From Oharaeibacter sp. (GTDB taxonomy: Bacteria > Pseudomonadota > Alphaproteobacteria > Rhizobiales > Pleomorphomonadaceae): a DNA stretch of 24,000 nucleotides. The notes beneath the pieces were generated by a model that was not told the origin of the DNA, searched no databases, and worked only from the letters and a program-made list of their open reading frames with translations. The stretch covers positions 65,979-89,978 of the forward strand of contig JBHYDC010000010.1 in the NCBI GenBank assembly GCA_051861205.1. The letters run 5' to 3'. Both the position numbers and the translations under genes were made by a program. Positions 8,139 to 16,628 of this stretch are shown piece after piece (position 1 is the stretch's first letter; each line of letters begins with the position of its first letter).

Positions 8139-9120
8139 GGATCCCGTACCCTCTCTCGTCATCGCCCTCGCCGCACTCGCCGTGGAAGCTGCCGCAGGTT
8201 ACCCTCAGCGTATGTTCCTTGTCATCGGTCATCCCGTGACATGGATCGGTCGATTGATCACATGGCTCGACCGCAGGCTCAACCTTGAGCGCGACGGCAA
8301 CCCTATGCGCCGGGCCAAGGGCGTGCTCGCGCTCTTAGCGCTGCTCGCGATCACCTGCGCCGTCGCGGTCGGCATTCAGCGCGCGGCGGGGCTCGCCGGG
8401 GTCGTCGGCACCTTCATTGTGCTCCCGCTGATCGTCTCAACGCTGTTTGCCCAGCGCAGCCTCTACGAGCACGTCGCCCGCGTCCGTGACGGTCTCCAAA
8501 CCGGAGGCCTTGCCGGAGGCAGAGCCGCCGTTGCGATGATCGTCGGCCGCAATCCGGAAAGCCTTGACGAAGCGGGCGTTTCCCGTGCCGCCATCGAGAG
8601 CTTGGCTGAAAACTTTTCCGACGGCATCACCGCCCCCGTGTTCTGGACCGCGCTTCTCGGCCTCCCAGGCGGCGCGCTCTACAAGGCTGCGAACACGGCC
8701 GATTCCATGATCGGCCACAAGACGGCCCGCCACCTCCAGTTCGGCTGGGCCGCCGCCCGCTTCGACGACCTCATCAATCTCCCGGCGTCGCGCCTCACCG
8801 CGCTCCTGCTCGTCCTCGCCGCGCTTGCCCCTGGCTATTCCGCGCGCGGCGCCATCCGGGCGGTGTTTCGCGATGCCCGCAACCACAAATCGCCCAACGC
8901 CGGCTGGCCGGAAGCCGCCATGGCCGGCGCCCTCGGCCTTCGCCTTGCCGGACCCCGCGTCTACGGCGCAACCCTCGTCGACGATTTCTGGATGGGCGAC
9001 GGCCGCGCCGACGCCACCGCCGGCGATATCGACCGGGCGTTGAAGCTCTACCGGCTCGCTCTGGTACTCCTCGCTGCCACGCTTGCGACTGTGCTGGCTG
9101 GCGTCATCGCCCTTCGCTGA
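8137..9120 (+). CDS. cbiB: Adenosylcobinamide-phosphate synthase (Salmonella CbiB; called CobD in P. denitrificans nomenclature)
   Basis: Start at ATG 8137 ([23 protein letters not shown]...[17 protein letters not shown]), which aligns with CbiB N-termini. The protein is membrane-like and hydrophobic. The ORF-track start at 8029 is rejected. Confidence 0.88.
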   Translation: MDPVPSLVIALAALAVEAAAGYPQRMFLVIGHPVTWIGRLITWLDRRLNLERDGNPMRRAKGVLALLALLAITCAVAVGIQRAAGLAGVVGTFIVLPLIVSTLFAQRSLYEHVARVRDGLQTGGLAGGRAAVAMIVGRNPESLDEAGVSRAAIESLAENFSDGITAPVFWTALLGLPGGALYKAANTADSMIGHKTARHLQFGWAAARFDDLINLPASRLTALLLVLAALAPGYSARGAIRAVFRDARNHKSPNAGWPEAAMAGALGLRLAGPRVYGATLVDDFWMGDGRADATAGDIDRALKLYRLALVLLAATLATVLAGVIALR

Positions 9121-10561
9121 TCGCAAGCAGCCGCTCGCAGTCGACGTGCCGCTCCAGGTGATCCGCGAGCCGGTCCAGCACCGCATCGATCCGCGCCTCG
9201 TAGGTGAGATCGCTCGTCTCCGCGCCGATCCAACCGAGAAACCGCCGCCGCGCCGGTTCGCCCGCGAACAGCCCGTGGCAATAGGTGCCCACCACCCGCC
9301 CGTCTGGCGAAACCGCCCCTTCATCCACGCCCGCGATCCGCGCGAACGGCCGCGCCCGATCCGGTCCACCGGTCACGCCCACATGCATCTCGTATCCCAC
9401 GATCGGAACCCCGTCCGGCACCGTCTCGCCGGTCACCGCCGAAAGCTGCTTGCTCCCCGTCAGCACGGTCTGGACGCCAAGAAGCCCGAGCCCGGCCACC
9501 TCCCGCACCGGCCCCTCGATCCCATCGGGATCGGCAATCGCGGTTCCCAACATCTGATACCCGCCGCAAAGCCCCATCACCTTGCCGCCTTGGCGCCAAT
9601 GCGCGCGGATATCGATGTCCCATCCCTCCGCCCGCAGCGCCAGCAAGTCGTCGATCGTGGATTTCGATCCCGGCAGCACGATCACATCCGCCGGCGGCAG
9701 CGGCCGGCCGGGCAGGGCGAGCGTCACCGTCACGCCCGGTTCCTGCCGCAGCGGATCGAGATCGTCAAAATTCGCGATTCTCAGCAGCACCGGCACCACA
9801 ATACGCCGTCCGCCTTGCCCGTGATCCGCCCGCGTGCGCAATCCAAGCGCATCCTCTGCCGGCAGCAGCGCCGCCTCTGCGAAATGCGGCACCACGCCCA
9901 GCGACGCCCAGCCCGTGCGCTCCGCAATCACCGCGAGGCCGCCCGCGAACAGCGTCACATCGCCCCGGAACCGGTTCACCAGAAACGCCCGGATCATCGC
10001 CGCGTCGGCCGGGTCGATCACCGCATGCGTTCCCACCAGACTGGCGATCACGCCGCCCCGGTCAATGTCGCCCACCAGCACCACCGGCGTATCGGTCGCC
10101 CGCGCAAACCCCATGTTGGCGATATCGCCCGCCCGCAAATTCACTTCGGCCGGCGACCCCGCGCCCTCCACGATCACAAGATCCGCCTCGGCGGAAAGGC
10201 GCCTGAAGCTATCCAGCACCGCCGCCATCAGCCGGGGTTTCCATGCCTGATACTCCCGCGCCTTGGCCGTCCCGATCATCCGCCCCTGAACCACCACCTG
10301 ACTGCCGATGTCCGATTGCGGCTTCAAAAGCACCGGGTTCATGTGAACCGAGGTCGCCACGCCTGCCGCGCGCGCCTGAAGTGCCTGCGCCCGTCCTATC
10401 TCGCCGCCGTCGGCCGTGGCGGCGGCGTTGTTCGACATGTTCTGCGGTTTGAACGGCCGCACGGCCATCCCGCGCCGGGCGAACAGGCGGCAGAACCCCG
10501 CCACCAGCAGCGATTTGCCAACGTCCGAGCCCGTGCCCTGGATCATCACCCGCCGCGTCAT
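9104..10561 (-). CDS. cobQ: Cobyric acid synthase
   Basis: [25 protein letters not shown]...[11 protein letters not shown] plus a C-terminal glutamine-amidotransferase part ([10 protein letters not shown]). The ATG at 10561 shares its A with the cobO TGA. The 3' end overlaps cbiB by 17 nt, convergently. Confidence 0.92.
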   Translation of the reverse strand: MTRRVMIQGTGSDVGKSLLVAGFCRLFARRGMAVRPFKPQNMSNNAAATADGGEIGRAQALQARAAGVATSVHMNPVLLKPQSDIGSQVVVQGRMIGTAKAREYQAWKPRLMAAVLDSFRRLSAEADLVIVEGAGSPAEVNLRAGDIANMGFARATDTPVVLVGDIDRGGVIASLVGTHAVIDPADAAMIRAFLVNRFRGDVTLFAGGLAVIAERTGWASLGVVPHFAEAALLPAEDALGLRTRADHGQGGRRIVVPVLLRIANFDDLDPLRQEPGVTVTLALPGRPLPPADVIVLPGSKSTIDDLLALRAEGWDIDIRAHWRQGGKVMGLCGGYQMLGTAIADPDGIEGPVREVAGLGLLGVQTVLTGSKQLSAVTGETVPDGVPIVGYEMHVGVTGGPDRARPFARIAGVDEGAVSPDGRVVGTYCHGLFAGEPARRRFLGWIGAETSDLTYEARIDAVLDRLADHLERHVDCERLLAISEGR

Positions 10562-11169
10562 CAAAACTCGATCCCGGCCTGCGCCTTCACCCCCGCCGCG
10601 AAGTGGTGCTTCACCAGCGTCATCTCCGTCACAAGATCCGCCGCTTCGATCATCGCCGGCTTGGCGTTCCGCCCGGTTACGACGACATGCAGATCCGCCC
10701 GCCGCGCCCGCAGCACGTCCACCACCGCGTCCAGCAGCAAATGCTCGTAGCGCAGCGCGATGTTGAGTTCATCCAGCACAAGGAGCCGGATCTGCGGATC
10801 CGCCATCAAAGCGAGCGCCTCGCCCCACGCGCGTTCCGCCGCCGCCACATCCCGCGCGCGGTCCTGCGTTTCCCAGGTGAACCCTTCGCCGAGCGTGTGC
10901 CACGACACACCGCCCAGTTTCTCCAGCACGCGCCGCTCACCGGTTTCCCACGCGCCCTTGCCGAACTGCACCACGCCCACCTTCCAGCCATGCCCAAGCG
11001 CCCGCACCGCCAGCCCGAAGGCGGCCGTGGATTTGCCCTTGCCCGGCCCGGTGTGAACGATCAGCAGCCCCTTTTCGGCCACCGTCTTCCCCGCGACCTC
11101 GGCATCCTGCACGGCCTTGCGCTTGACCATCTTGGCCCGGTGGCGTTCAGCCTCTGGATCGTCGGTCAT
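10561..11169 (-). CDS. cobO: Cob(I)yrinic acid a,c-diamide adenosyltransferase (CobO/BtuR type)
   Basis: 202 aa with [14 protein letters not shown] (P-loop), [28 protein letters not shown] and [17 protein letters not shown], co-linear with CobO/BtuR. A GGAGAG Shine-Dalgarno precedes the start. Confidence 0.92.
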   Translation of the reverse strand: MTDDPEAERHRAKMVKRKAVQDAEVAGKTVAEKGLLIVHTGPGKGKSTAAFGLAVRALGHGWKVGVVQFGKGAWETGERRVLEKLGGVSWHTLGEGFTWETQDRARDVAAAERAWGEALALMADPQIRLLVLDELNIALRYEHLLLDAVVDVLRARRADLHVVVTGRNAKPAMIEAADLVTEMTLVKHHFAAGVKAQAGIEF

Positions 11170-11207
11170 GTCTGAACTCTCCGATTATCTTGCGCGCAAT
11201 CGCGCGG

Positions 11208-12197
11208 TCACATCCGCCAGACCACCGCACCGCCCGTCAGCCCCGCGCCGGCAGCGGCCAAAAGCAGCGTCTCGCCCGCCGCGAACGGCCGCTCGTCCCC
11301 TGCGATCGACAGCGAAAGCGGGATCGTCGCCGCCGACGAATTCCCATATTCCGCGATGCTGCGCACGACGGTTTCCTCGCCAACGCCCACCGTGCGCCCC
11401 ACAAGGTCGAAGATCCGCGCGTTGGCCTGATGGGGCACGAAGCGCGTCACCGCGTCGGCGGAAAGCCCCGCCGCCGCCAGCGCCCGCCGCGAGCAATCCG
11501 TCATCAGCCGCACCGCCTCGGCGAAAAGGGCCCGCCCGTCCGAAACGGTCATCAGCGTATCCTCGATCGCCATCTCCGCCGAAAATGGCCGCGAACTCCC
11601 GCCGCCCGGCACCGTTACGAGCCCGTATCCCGCCCCGTCGGAGGCCAGATCCAGCCCCACAAGCCCCTGGCCCGCATCCTCGCTCGGCCCCACCACCACG
11701 GCTCCGGCCGCATCGGCGAACAGCACCGCGCTCGCGCGTTCAGCCATATTGATGCGCCGGCTAAGTATGTTCGCCGCCACCACCAAAACCGGCCGCCCGT
11801 GCGCCCGCACCTGCGCATCCGCCAGCGTCAGCGCATAGATGAAGCCCGCGCACGCCCCCGCCAGATCCACCGCGCCCGATCGCGTCAGCCCCAGCCGGTG
11901 CGCCACCAGCGGCGCCGACGGCGGCAGCAGATGATCCGGGGTCGACGTCGCAAGCAGCGTCAGCCCGATATCCGCCCGCTCCACCCCGGCCCTCGCCAGC
12001 GCCATCTCGCCCGCCGCCACCGCAAGGCCGGACAGCGTATCGCCCGCCTCCGCCCAGCGCCGCGCGCGGATCCCCGTCCGCCGTTCGATCCAGCCGGCTT
12101 CGATCCCGATCAGCTCCTCAAGCTCGGCATTCTCCACCCGCCGCGCCGGGGCGTGGTGCCCGAAACCCAGGATACGCGTGCCTGCGGCGCGTTTCAT
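11208..12197 (-). CDS. bioZ: FabH-like 3-ketoacyl-ACP synthase III in a biotin operon (BioZ-type pimeloyl-ACP pathway enzyme)
   Basis: 329-aa KAS III with the Cys/His/Asn contexts [19 protein letters not shown] and [11 protein letters not shown]. Its ATG overlaps the bioA stop (ATGA at 12194-12197). It is the last gene of a bioBFDA string, which is the BioZ position in Agrobacterium/Mesorhizobium operons. Confidence 0.75.
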   Translation of the reverse strand: MKRAAGTRILGFGHHAPARRVENAELEELIGIEAGWIERRTGIRARRWAEAGDTLSGLAVAAGEMALARAGVERADIGLTLLATSTPDHLLPPSAPLVAHRLGLTRSGAVDLAGACAGFIYALTLADAQVRAHGRPVLVVAANILSRRINMAERASAVLFADAAGAVVVGPSEDAGQGLVGLDLASDGAGYGLVTVPGGGSSRPFSAEMAIEDTLMTVSDGRALFAEAVRLMTDCSRRALAAAGLSADAVTRFVPHQANARIFDLVGRTVGVGEETVVRSIAEYGNSSAATIPLSLSIAGDERPFAAGETLLLAAAGAGLTGGAVVWRM

Positions 12198-13459
12198 CGC
12201 AGTCCCCGCATGTGGTTCGGCGCGTCCAAAATGGCGTCATAGAGCCGGTCAAGCTCCCCCGCCGTCACGCAATAGGGCGGCATCAGATAGATGATGTTGC
12301 CGAGCGGGCGCACCAGCAAGTCACGCGCCAGGAAATACTGCCGAAACTCCGGCCCCACCTCCGCCAGATACCCGGCTCCCTCCACCTTCAAATCCACCGC
12401 CGCGATCGTACCTGTCACGCGCGCATTCTCGAACCGGTCGTCGCCCTCGAAGCGGCGGATACGCTCGGCTTGCATCGCGCTCAATGCCGCCACCCGGTCC
12501 GCAACCGGCTCGCTGGTCCAAACCCCGATATTCGCCAGCGCCGCCGCGCAGGCAATCGGGTTCGCCGTATAGGACGACGAGTGGAAAAACGTCTTCGACC
12601 GGTCCGCCGAATAATGGGCATCAAACACCTCCGCCGTCGCCAGCGTCGCCGCCAGCGGTATAGCCCCGCCGGTTAAACCCTTGGACGTGCAAAGAATATC
12701 CGGCGTAATTCCCGCCTGCTCGCAGGCAAACAGCGTGCCCGTCCGCCCCCAGCCGCTCATCACCTCGTCGGCCACAAGCAGCGTTCCCGTGGCCTGCGCG
12801 ATGCGCTTCAGCTCGGTCAGCACCCACGGCGCATACATCCGCATCCCGCCCGCGCCCAGCACCAGCGGCTCTACGATCAGCGCCGCCACCTCGCCGGTTC
12901 GGGCAACCGCCTCGAACGCATCCAGCGTCGCCTGCTCGCGGCCCGCCACGGGGAACGGTATCCGGTCCACCGCGAACAGCAGCGGCTCATAGGCGGCGTT
13001 GAACACCCCCCGCTCGCCCACGCTCATCGTGCCGATGGTGTCGCCGTGGTAGCTGTCCTCCATCACCACGATGCGATGCCGCTTCTCGCCCCGGTTGCGG
13101 AAAACGCCAAGCGCCATCTTCATCGCCACCTCCACGGCCGTGGACCCGCTGTCGGAATAGAACACATGGTCCAGCCCGCGCGGCGCCAGCGCCACCAGCG
13201 CCCGCGCCAGATCCTCCGCCGGCTCATGCGTCAGCCCCGCGAAGATGATCTGATCCAGCCGCTCGCTCGTCTCCCGGATCGCGGCCATGATCGGCGGGTA
13301 GCGGTGGCCGTGCGTAATCACCCACCACGATGAGATGGCGTCGATCACCCGCCGCCCGTCCGCCGTTTCGAGATAGGCCCCCTCCGTCCGCGCGATCTTG
13401 AGCAGCGGCGGCTCCACCGCATGCTGCGTGAAGGGATGCCAGACGGGCGACCGGGTCAT
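12194..13459 (-). CDS. bioA: Adenosylmethionine-8-amino-7-oxononanoate aminotransferase
   Basis: 421-aa class III aminotransferase with [18 protein letters not shown] and CTSKGLTGG (PLP lysine). It overlaps bioD by 4 nt. Confidence 0.92.
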   Translation of the reverse strand: MTRSPVWHPFTQHAVEPPLLKIARTEGAYLETADGRRVIDAISSWWVITHGHRYPPIMAAIRETSERLDQIIFAGLTHEPAEDLARALVALAPRGLDHVFYSDSGSTAVEVAMKMALGVFRNRGEKRHRIVVMEDSYHGDTIGTMSVGERGVFNAAYEPLLFAVDRIPFPVAGREQATLDAFEAVARTGEVAALIVEPLVLGAGGMRMYAPWVLTELKRIAQATGTLLVADEVMSGWGRTGTLFACEQAGITPDILCTSKGLTGGAIPLAATLATAEVFDAHYSADRSKTFFHSSSYTANPIACAAALANIGVWTSEPVADRVAALSAMQAERIRRFEGDDRFENARVTGTIAAVDLKVEGAGYLAEVGPEFRQYFLARDLLVRPLGNIIYLMPPYCVTAGELDRLYDAILDAPNHMRGLR

Positions 13460-14079
13460 ACCGTGAAATCCGCAAGGTTGAAATTCACAGCGAAGGCCGC
13501 CGCCAGCGTCTCGCCAGTCAGCGGACCCAGATGCGGCAACCGTCCCAGCACGCGAACGCCGGAAAAATCGCCGATCGTGCGCTGACTATCCGCCTTTTCC
13601 TCACCCACGAAGGCAATCCCCAGAATTGGCACGCCCCGCGCCTTCAGGGCCTCCACGGACAGCAACGTGTGGTTGATTGTGCCCAGCGCCGTCCGCGCGC
13701 ACAGCACCACCGGCAACCGCCATCCGGCGAACACGTCGATCGTCAAAAGCGCCCGCGTGACCGGCACCATCAACCCGCCGGCGCCCTCAATCACCAGCGG
13801 CCCGGCCAAATCCGGCGGAGTCAGCCGCGCCGGATCGATCGTGACTCCGTCGATCTCGGCGGCATAATGGGGCGAAACCGGCGTCACCAGCTTATACGCC
13901 TCCGGCAAAACCGGCCGGCCCGTCAGCCGGGACACGGTCTGGCTGTCGGTCTCGTCCTCCAGCCCCGACTGTATCGGTTTCCAATAGGTCGCGCCCAGCG
14001 CGGCGGTCAGGCCAGCGGCAAACACCGTCTTACCGATCCCGGTGTCGGTGCCAGTCACGATAAAGCGGGGAGGGGACAT
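13456..14079 (-). CDS. bioD: Dethiobiotin synthase
   Basis: 207 aa. The N-terminal P-loop [13 protein letters not shown] is typical of BioD. Confidence 0.9.
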   Translation of the reverse strand: MSPPRFIVTGTDTGIGKTVFAAGLTAALGATYWKPIQSGLEDETDSQTVSRLTGRPVLPEAYKLVTPVSPHYAAEIDGVTIDPARLTPPDLAGPLVIEGAGGLMVPVTRALLTIDVFAGWRLPVVLCARTALGTINHTLLSVEALKARGVPILGIAFVGEEKADSQRTIGDFSGVRVLGRLPHLGPLTGETLAAAFAVNFNLADFTV

Positions 14080-14184
14080 CTCTGCATCCGGCCAGTTTAG
14101 TTTTCATGAGGTCGAGTGTGACGGGACTTGGCAGGTCCAACGCCTCAAGACAAGCCCTTAGGCGCAGCGCTCGTCGCACGGGCA

Positions 14185-14211
14185 GGGGGTTCGAATCCCT
14201 CCGTAACTCCA
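14185..14211 (+). other. tRNA 3'-half-like fragment (T-arm, acceptor 3' strand, CCA), not an intact tRNA
   Basis: GGGGG-TTCGAAT-CCCTC (14185-14201) has the canonical G53-T54-T55-C56-R57-A58...C61 T-loop on the + strand. It is followed by CGTAACT and CCA (14209-14211). I find no convincing 5' acceptor strand, D-arm or anticodon stem upstream. Confidence 0.4.
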
Positions 14212-14212
14212 A

Positions 14213-15355
14213 TCAAACCCGTTCGTCCGCCATAGCCTCCGCCACGCAGTCCAAGAGCCCGGCCACCACCTGCGCATCCACATTCAGCGTCAGCGAAATT
14301 CGTAGCCGTGCGGTTCCCTCCGGAACGGTTGGCGGGCGAATGGCCCGGCAGTCGTAACCAGCCGCCTGAACCTGCGCCGCGACGGCCGTCGCGCGTGCGT
14401 TGGAGCCAAGGATCACCGGCTGGATCTGCGTATCCGACGACGGCAGCCCCAGCCCCGCCAGCCGCGCCTGCGCGCCTGCGATCAGCCCCGCCAGCGCCTC
14501 GCGCCGCCAAGGCTCGTCCGCCAGCACCCTTAGCGATTCCCGCACTGCCGCTGCCATCAAAGGGGAGGGCGCGGTGGCATAGATGAAGGGCCGTGCCCGG
14601 TTGATCAGGAAATCCACGATCGGCCCGGCAGCCGTCACCAGCGCGCCGGATGCGCCCAGCGCCTTGCCGCAGGTGTGCAGGGCGATCAGCGCCTCGCGCC
14701 CCTCAAACGCTGCTGTCAACCCGCGTCCGGACGGCCCGAAAATCCCCGTCGCATGCGCTTCGTCGACCATAAGAAACCCGTCGTGACGCTCCGCGATCGC
14801 GATCAGGTCCGCCACCGGCGCGCGGTCGCCGTCCATCGAATATACGCTTTCAACCGCGATATAGGGCGTGCCCGCGCCGCCCGCCGCCCGCCACCGCGCG
14901 ATCGCGTCGTCAAACGCCCCCGCATCGTTGTGCGGCACCGAAACCGTGTCCGCCTTCGAAAGCCGCATCCCCTCGTGCGCGCTCGCGTGGATTAGCTCGT
15001 CATGAACGATGAGATCGCCCCGCTGCGGCAGCGCTGACAGCAGCGCCACATTCGCCGCATAGCCGGAGCCGAGATAAAGCGCCCGCTCGCTTCCGAAAAA
15101 CGCAGCGGCTTCCGCCTCCAGCGCCTCGTGTTCAGGGTGGTTGCCGCGCAGAAGCCGCGATCCCGCCGCCCCCACCGGCACCCCGCGCGCCAGCGCCTCC
15201 GTCACCGCGCCCGCCAATCGCGGCGAGCCGGCAAGGCCGAGATAATCGTTGGACGCGAAATCATGGCCGGTGCGCGGTTCCAGTCGGCGGGTGCGGCTCT
15301 TGCGGGCAAGGCCGCCCAGCGTCGTCCGGAATCGCTCCAGCCGCCCGGTCGTCAT
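14213..15355 (-). CDS. bioF: 8-amino-7-oxononanoate synthase
   Basis: Start at ATG 15355 (MTTGRLERF...), overlapping the bioB TGA (15352-15354). Motifs are NDYLGL, the DEAH-type region (VDEAHATG) and HTCGKALG (PLP lysine). The ORF-track start at 15487 is rejected. Confidence 0.92.
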   Translation of the reverse strand: MTTGRLERFRTTLGGLARKSRTRRLEPRTGHDFASNDYLGLAGSPRLAGAVTEALARGVPVGAAGSRLLRGNHPEHEALEAEAAAFFGSERALYLGSGYAANVALLSALPQRGDLIVHDELIHASAHEGMRLSKADTVSVPHNDAGAFDDAIARWRAAGGAGTPYIAVESVYSMDGDRAPVADLIAIAERHDGFLMVDEAHATGIFGPSGRGLTAAFEGREALIALHTCGKALGASGALVTAAGPIVDFLINRARPFIYATAPSPLMAAAVRESLRVLADEPWRREALAGLIAGAQARLAGLGLPSSDTQIQPVILGSNARATAVAAQVQAAGYDCRAIRPPTVPEGTARLRISLTLNVDAQVVAGLLDCVAEAMADERV

Positions 15356-16347
15356 GGAGAGGCGTCCAGCTCCATCGCCGCTATGCCCAGCCGCCGGAAC
15401 AGCGCCGCGTCGTGGTCCTCGCCGGGGTTGTCCGCCGTCAGCAGCGTTTCGCCCGTGAAGATCGAGTTGGCGCCGGCGAAGAAGCACAGCGCCTGCATCT
15501 CGTCCGACATTTCCGTCCGCCCCGCCGACAGCCGCACATGCGAAAGCGGCATCATCACCCGCGCCAGCGCGATCGTGCGCACGAAGTCGATCGGGTCGAT
15601 CCGATCGGCCGTTTCAAGCTGCGTGCCGGGAATGGCGATCAGCATGTTGATCGGCACGCTTTCCGGGTGCTCGGCAAGGTTGGCCAGCGTTACCAGCATG
15701 TCGATCCGGTCATCCTCGCCTTCGCCCATGCCCACGATGCCGCCCGCGCACACCTTGATGCCGGCTTCACGCACGGTCGCCAGCGTATCCAGCCGGTCCG
15801 CGAAGGTGCGCGTGGTTATGATCTCGCTGTAATAGCGCTCGGACGTGTCGATGTTGTGGTTGTAGTAGTCCAGCCCCGCATGCTTCAGCCGCCCGGCCTG
15901 ATCGGGCGACAGCATGCCCAGCGTCATGCAGGTTTCCATGCCAAGCGCCTTCACGCCCTCGACCATGGCTACCACCATGTCCATGTCGCGCTCTTTGGGG
16001 CTGCGCCACGCCGCGCCCATGCAATAGCGGGTCGCGCCTCCGGCCTTGGCCTTGCGCGCTTCCTCCAAAACCCGCTCAACTTCCATCAGCTTGGAGGCTT
16101 TCAGCCCTGTCGGCGCATGGGCGGACTGGCTGCAATAGCCGCAGTCCTCCGGGCACCCGCCCGTCTTGATCGAAAGCAGCCGGCTCATCTGCACGCGATT
16201 GGGGTCGAAGTGCTTGCGGTGCACGCTCTGCGCCTCGAACAGCAGGTCGTTGAACGGCAAGCTATAAAGCGCCCGCGCCTCCGCTCTCGTCCAGTCGTGG
16301 CGGATTTCGAGGGGCGTGCCGGTGGCGTTGCCGGTGTTCGCGTTCAT
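15352..16347 (-). CDS. bioB: Biotin synthase (radical SAM)
   Basis: Start at ATG 16347 (MNANTGN...). It has the radical-SAM motif [11 protein letters not shown] and co-linear BioB motifs ([16 protein letters not shown]). The ORF-track start at 16443 is rejected. Confidence 0.93.
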   Translation of the reverse strand: MNANTGNATGTPLEIRHDWTRAEARALYSLPFNDLLFEAQSVHRKHFDPNRVQMSRLLSIKTGGCPEDCGYCSQSAHAPTGLKASKLMEVERVLEEARKAKAGGATRYCMGAAWRSPKERDMDMVVAMVEGVKALGMETCMTLGMLSPDQAGRLKHAGLDYYNHNIDTSERYYSEIITTRTFADRLDTLATVREAGIKVCAGGIVGMGEGEDDRIDMLVTLANLAEHPESVPINMLIAIPGTQLETADRIDPIDFVRTIALARVMMPLSHVRLSAGRTEMSDEMQALCFFAGANSIFTGETLLTADNPGEDHDAALFRRLGIAAMELDASP

Positions 16348-16402
16348 CGCATAGGTCCCAACGTAACAAATCGTTCTGCGAGAGATACAAGATGCCGCGC
16401 GC

Positions 16403-16428
16403 GGGGGGAATGCGTCCCTTCGTTTTTT
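16403..16428 (+). terminator. Intrinsic-terminator-like motif on the + strand
   Basis: The stem pairs GGGGGGA (16403-16409) with TCCCTTC (16415-16421): 7 bp, two of them G-U. The loop is ATGCG, followed by G and T6 (16423-16428). Confidence 0.4.
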
Positions 16429-16485
16429 GCAGCCCGAATGCACCGATCGGCCGTTCGGATTGGAAACAATTCAGCCCGTTGAGGT

Positions 16486-16524
16486 GTTCTCGCCGGAAAG
16501 CCAGCGAAGAACGATCGGTTTTTT
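16486..16524 (+). terminator. Second hairpin plus T6 on the + strand, in the leader of the binding-protein gene
   Basis: GTTCTCGCCGG, loop AAAG, CCAGCGAAGAAC (16486-16512): about 10 bp with one bulge and one mismatch. Then GATCGG and T6 (16519-16524). The 9-mer GTTTTTTGC occurs at both 16422-16430 and 16518-16526. Confidence 0.35.
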
Positions 16525-16628
16525 GCCTCGGACGTCCACTTTCTGGAATTTCGTGCGCCGACTTCCCGGCATCGGTGCTCTTCAATGCGATAGACCGTTT
16601 CGCTTTCCGTTGAAAAAAGGATCCCACC

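Noticed and set aside
9083-10750. 555-aa ORF on the plus strand
   Set aside because: It is antisense to cobQ and cobO. The translation is Arg/Pro/His-rich and low in complexity, while the opposite strand carries unmistakable CobQ/CobO motifs.
11190-12242. 350-aa ORF on the plus strand
   Set aside because: It is antisense to the FabH-like bioZ and has an Arg/Pro-rich shadow-frame composition.
14094-14211. Intact tRNA (Leu-CAA or Sec-like) or a permuted two-piece alphaproteobacterial tmRNA
   Set aside because: The only possible 5' acceptor partner (AGTTTAG at 14094) has two mismatches and would make a 115-nt molecule. There is no D-arm. The CTCAAGA loop has no stem, and position 33 is wrong for a TCA anticodon. 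Nothing downstream of the CCA resembles a tmRNA coding piece, because that sequence is bioF antisense. I keep it only as a tRNA-like fragment.
15412-16482. 356-aa ORF on the plus strand
   Set aside because: It is antisense to bioB, which carries a radical-SAM CxxxCxxC motif on the other strand. It has shadow-frame composition.
16348-16628. Cobalamin riboswitch or BioR box (TTATMKATAA) upstream of bioB
   Set aside because: I read both strands and found no B12-box-like core (no GCCACTG-type element) and no TTATnnATAA palindrome. A covariance-model scan would be the decisive test.
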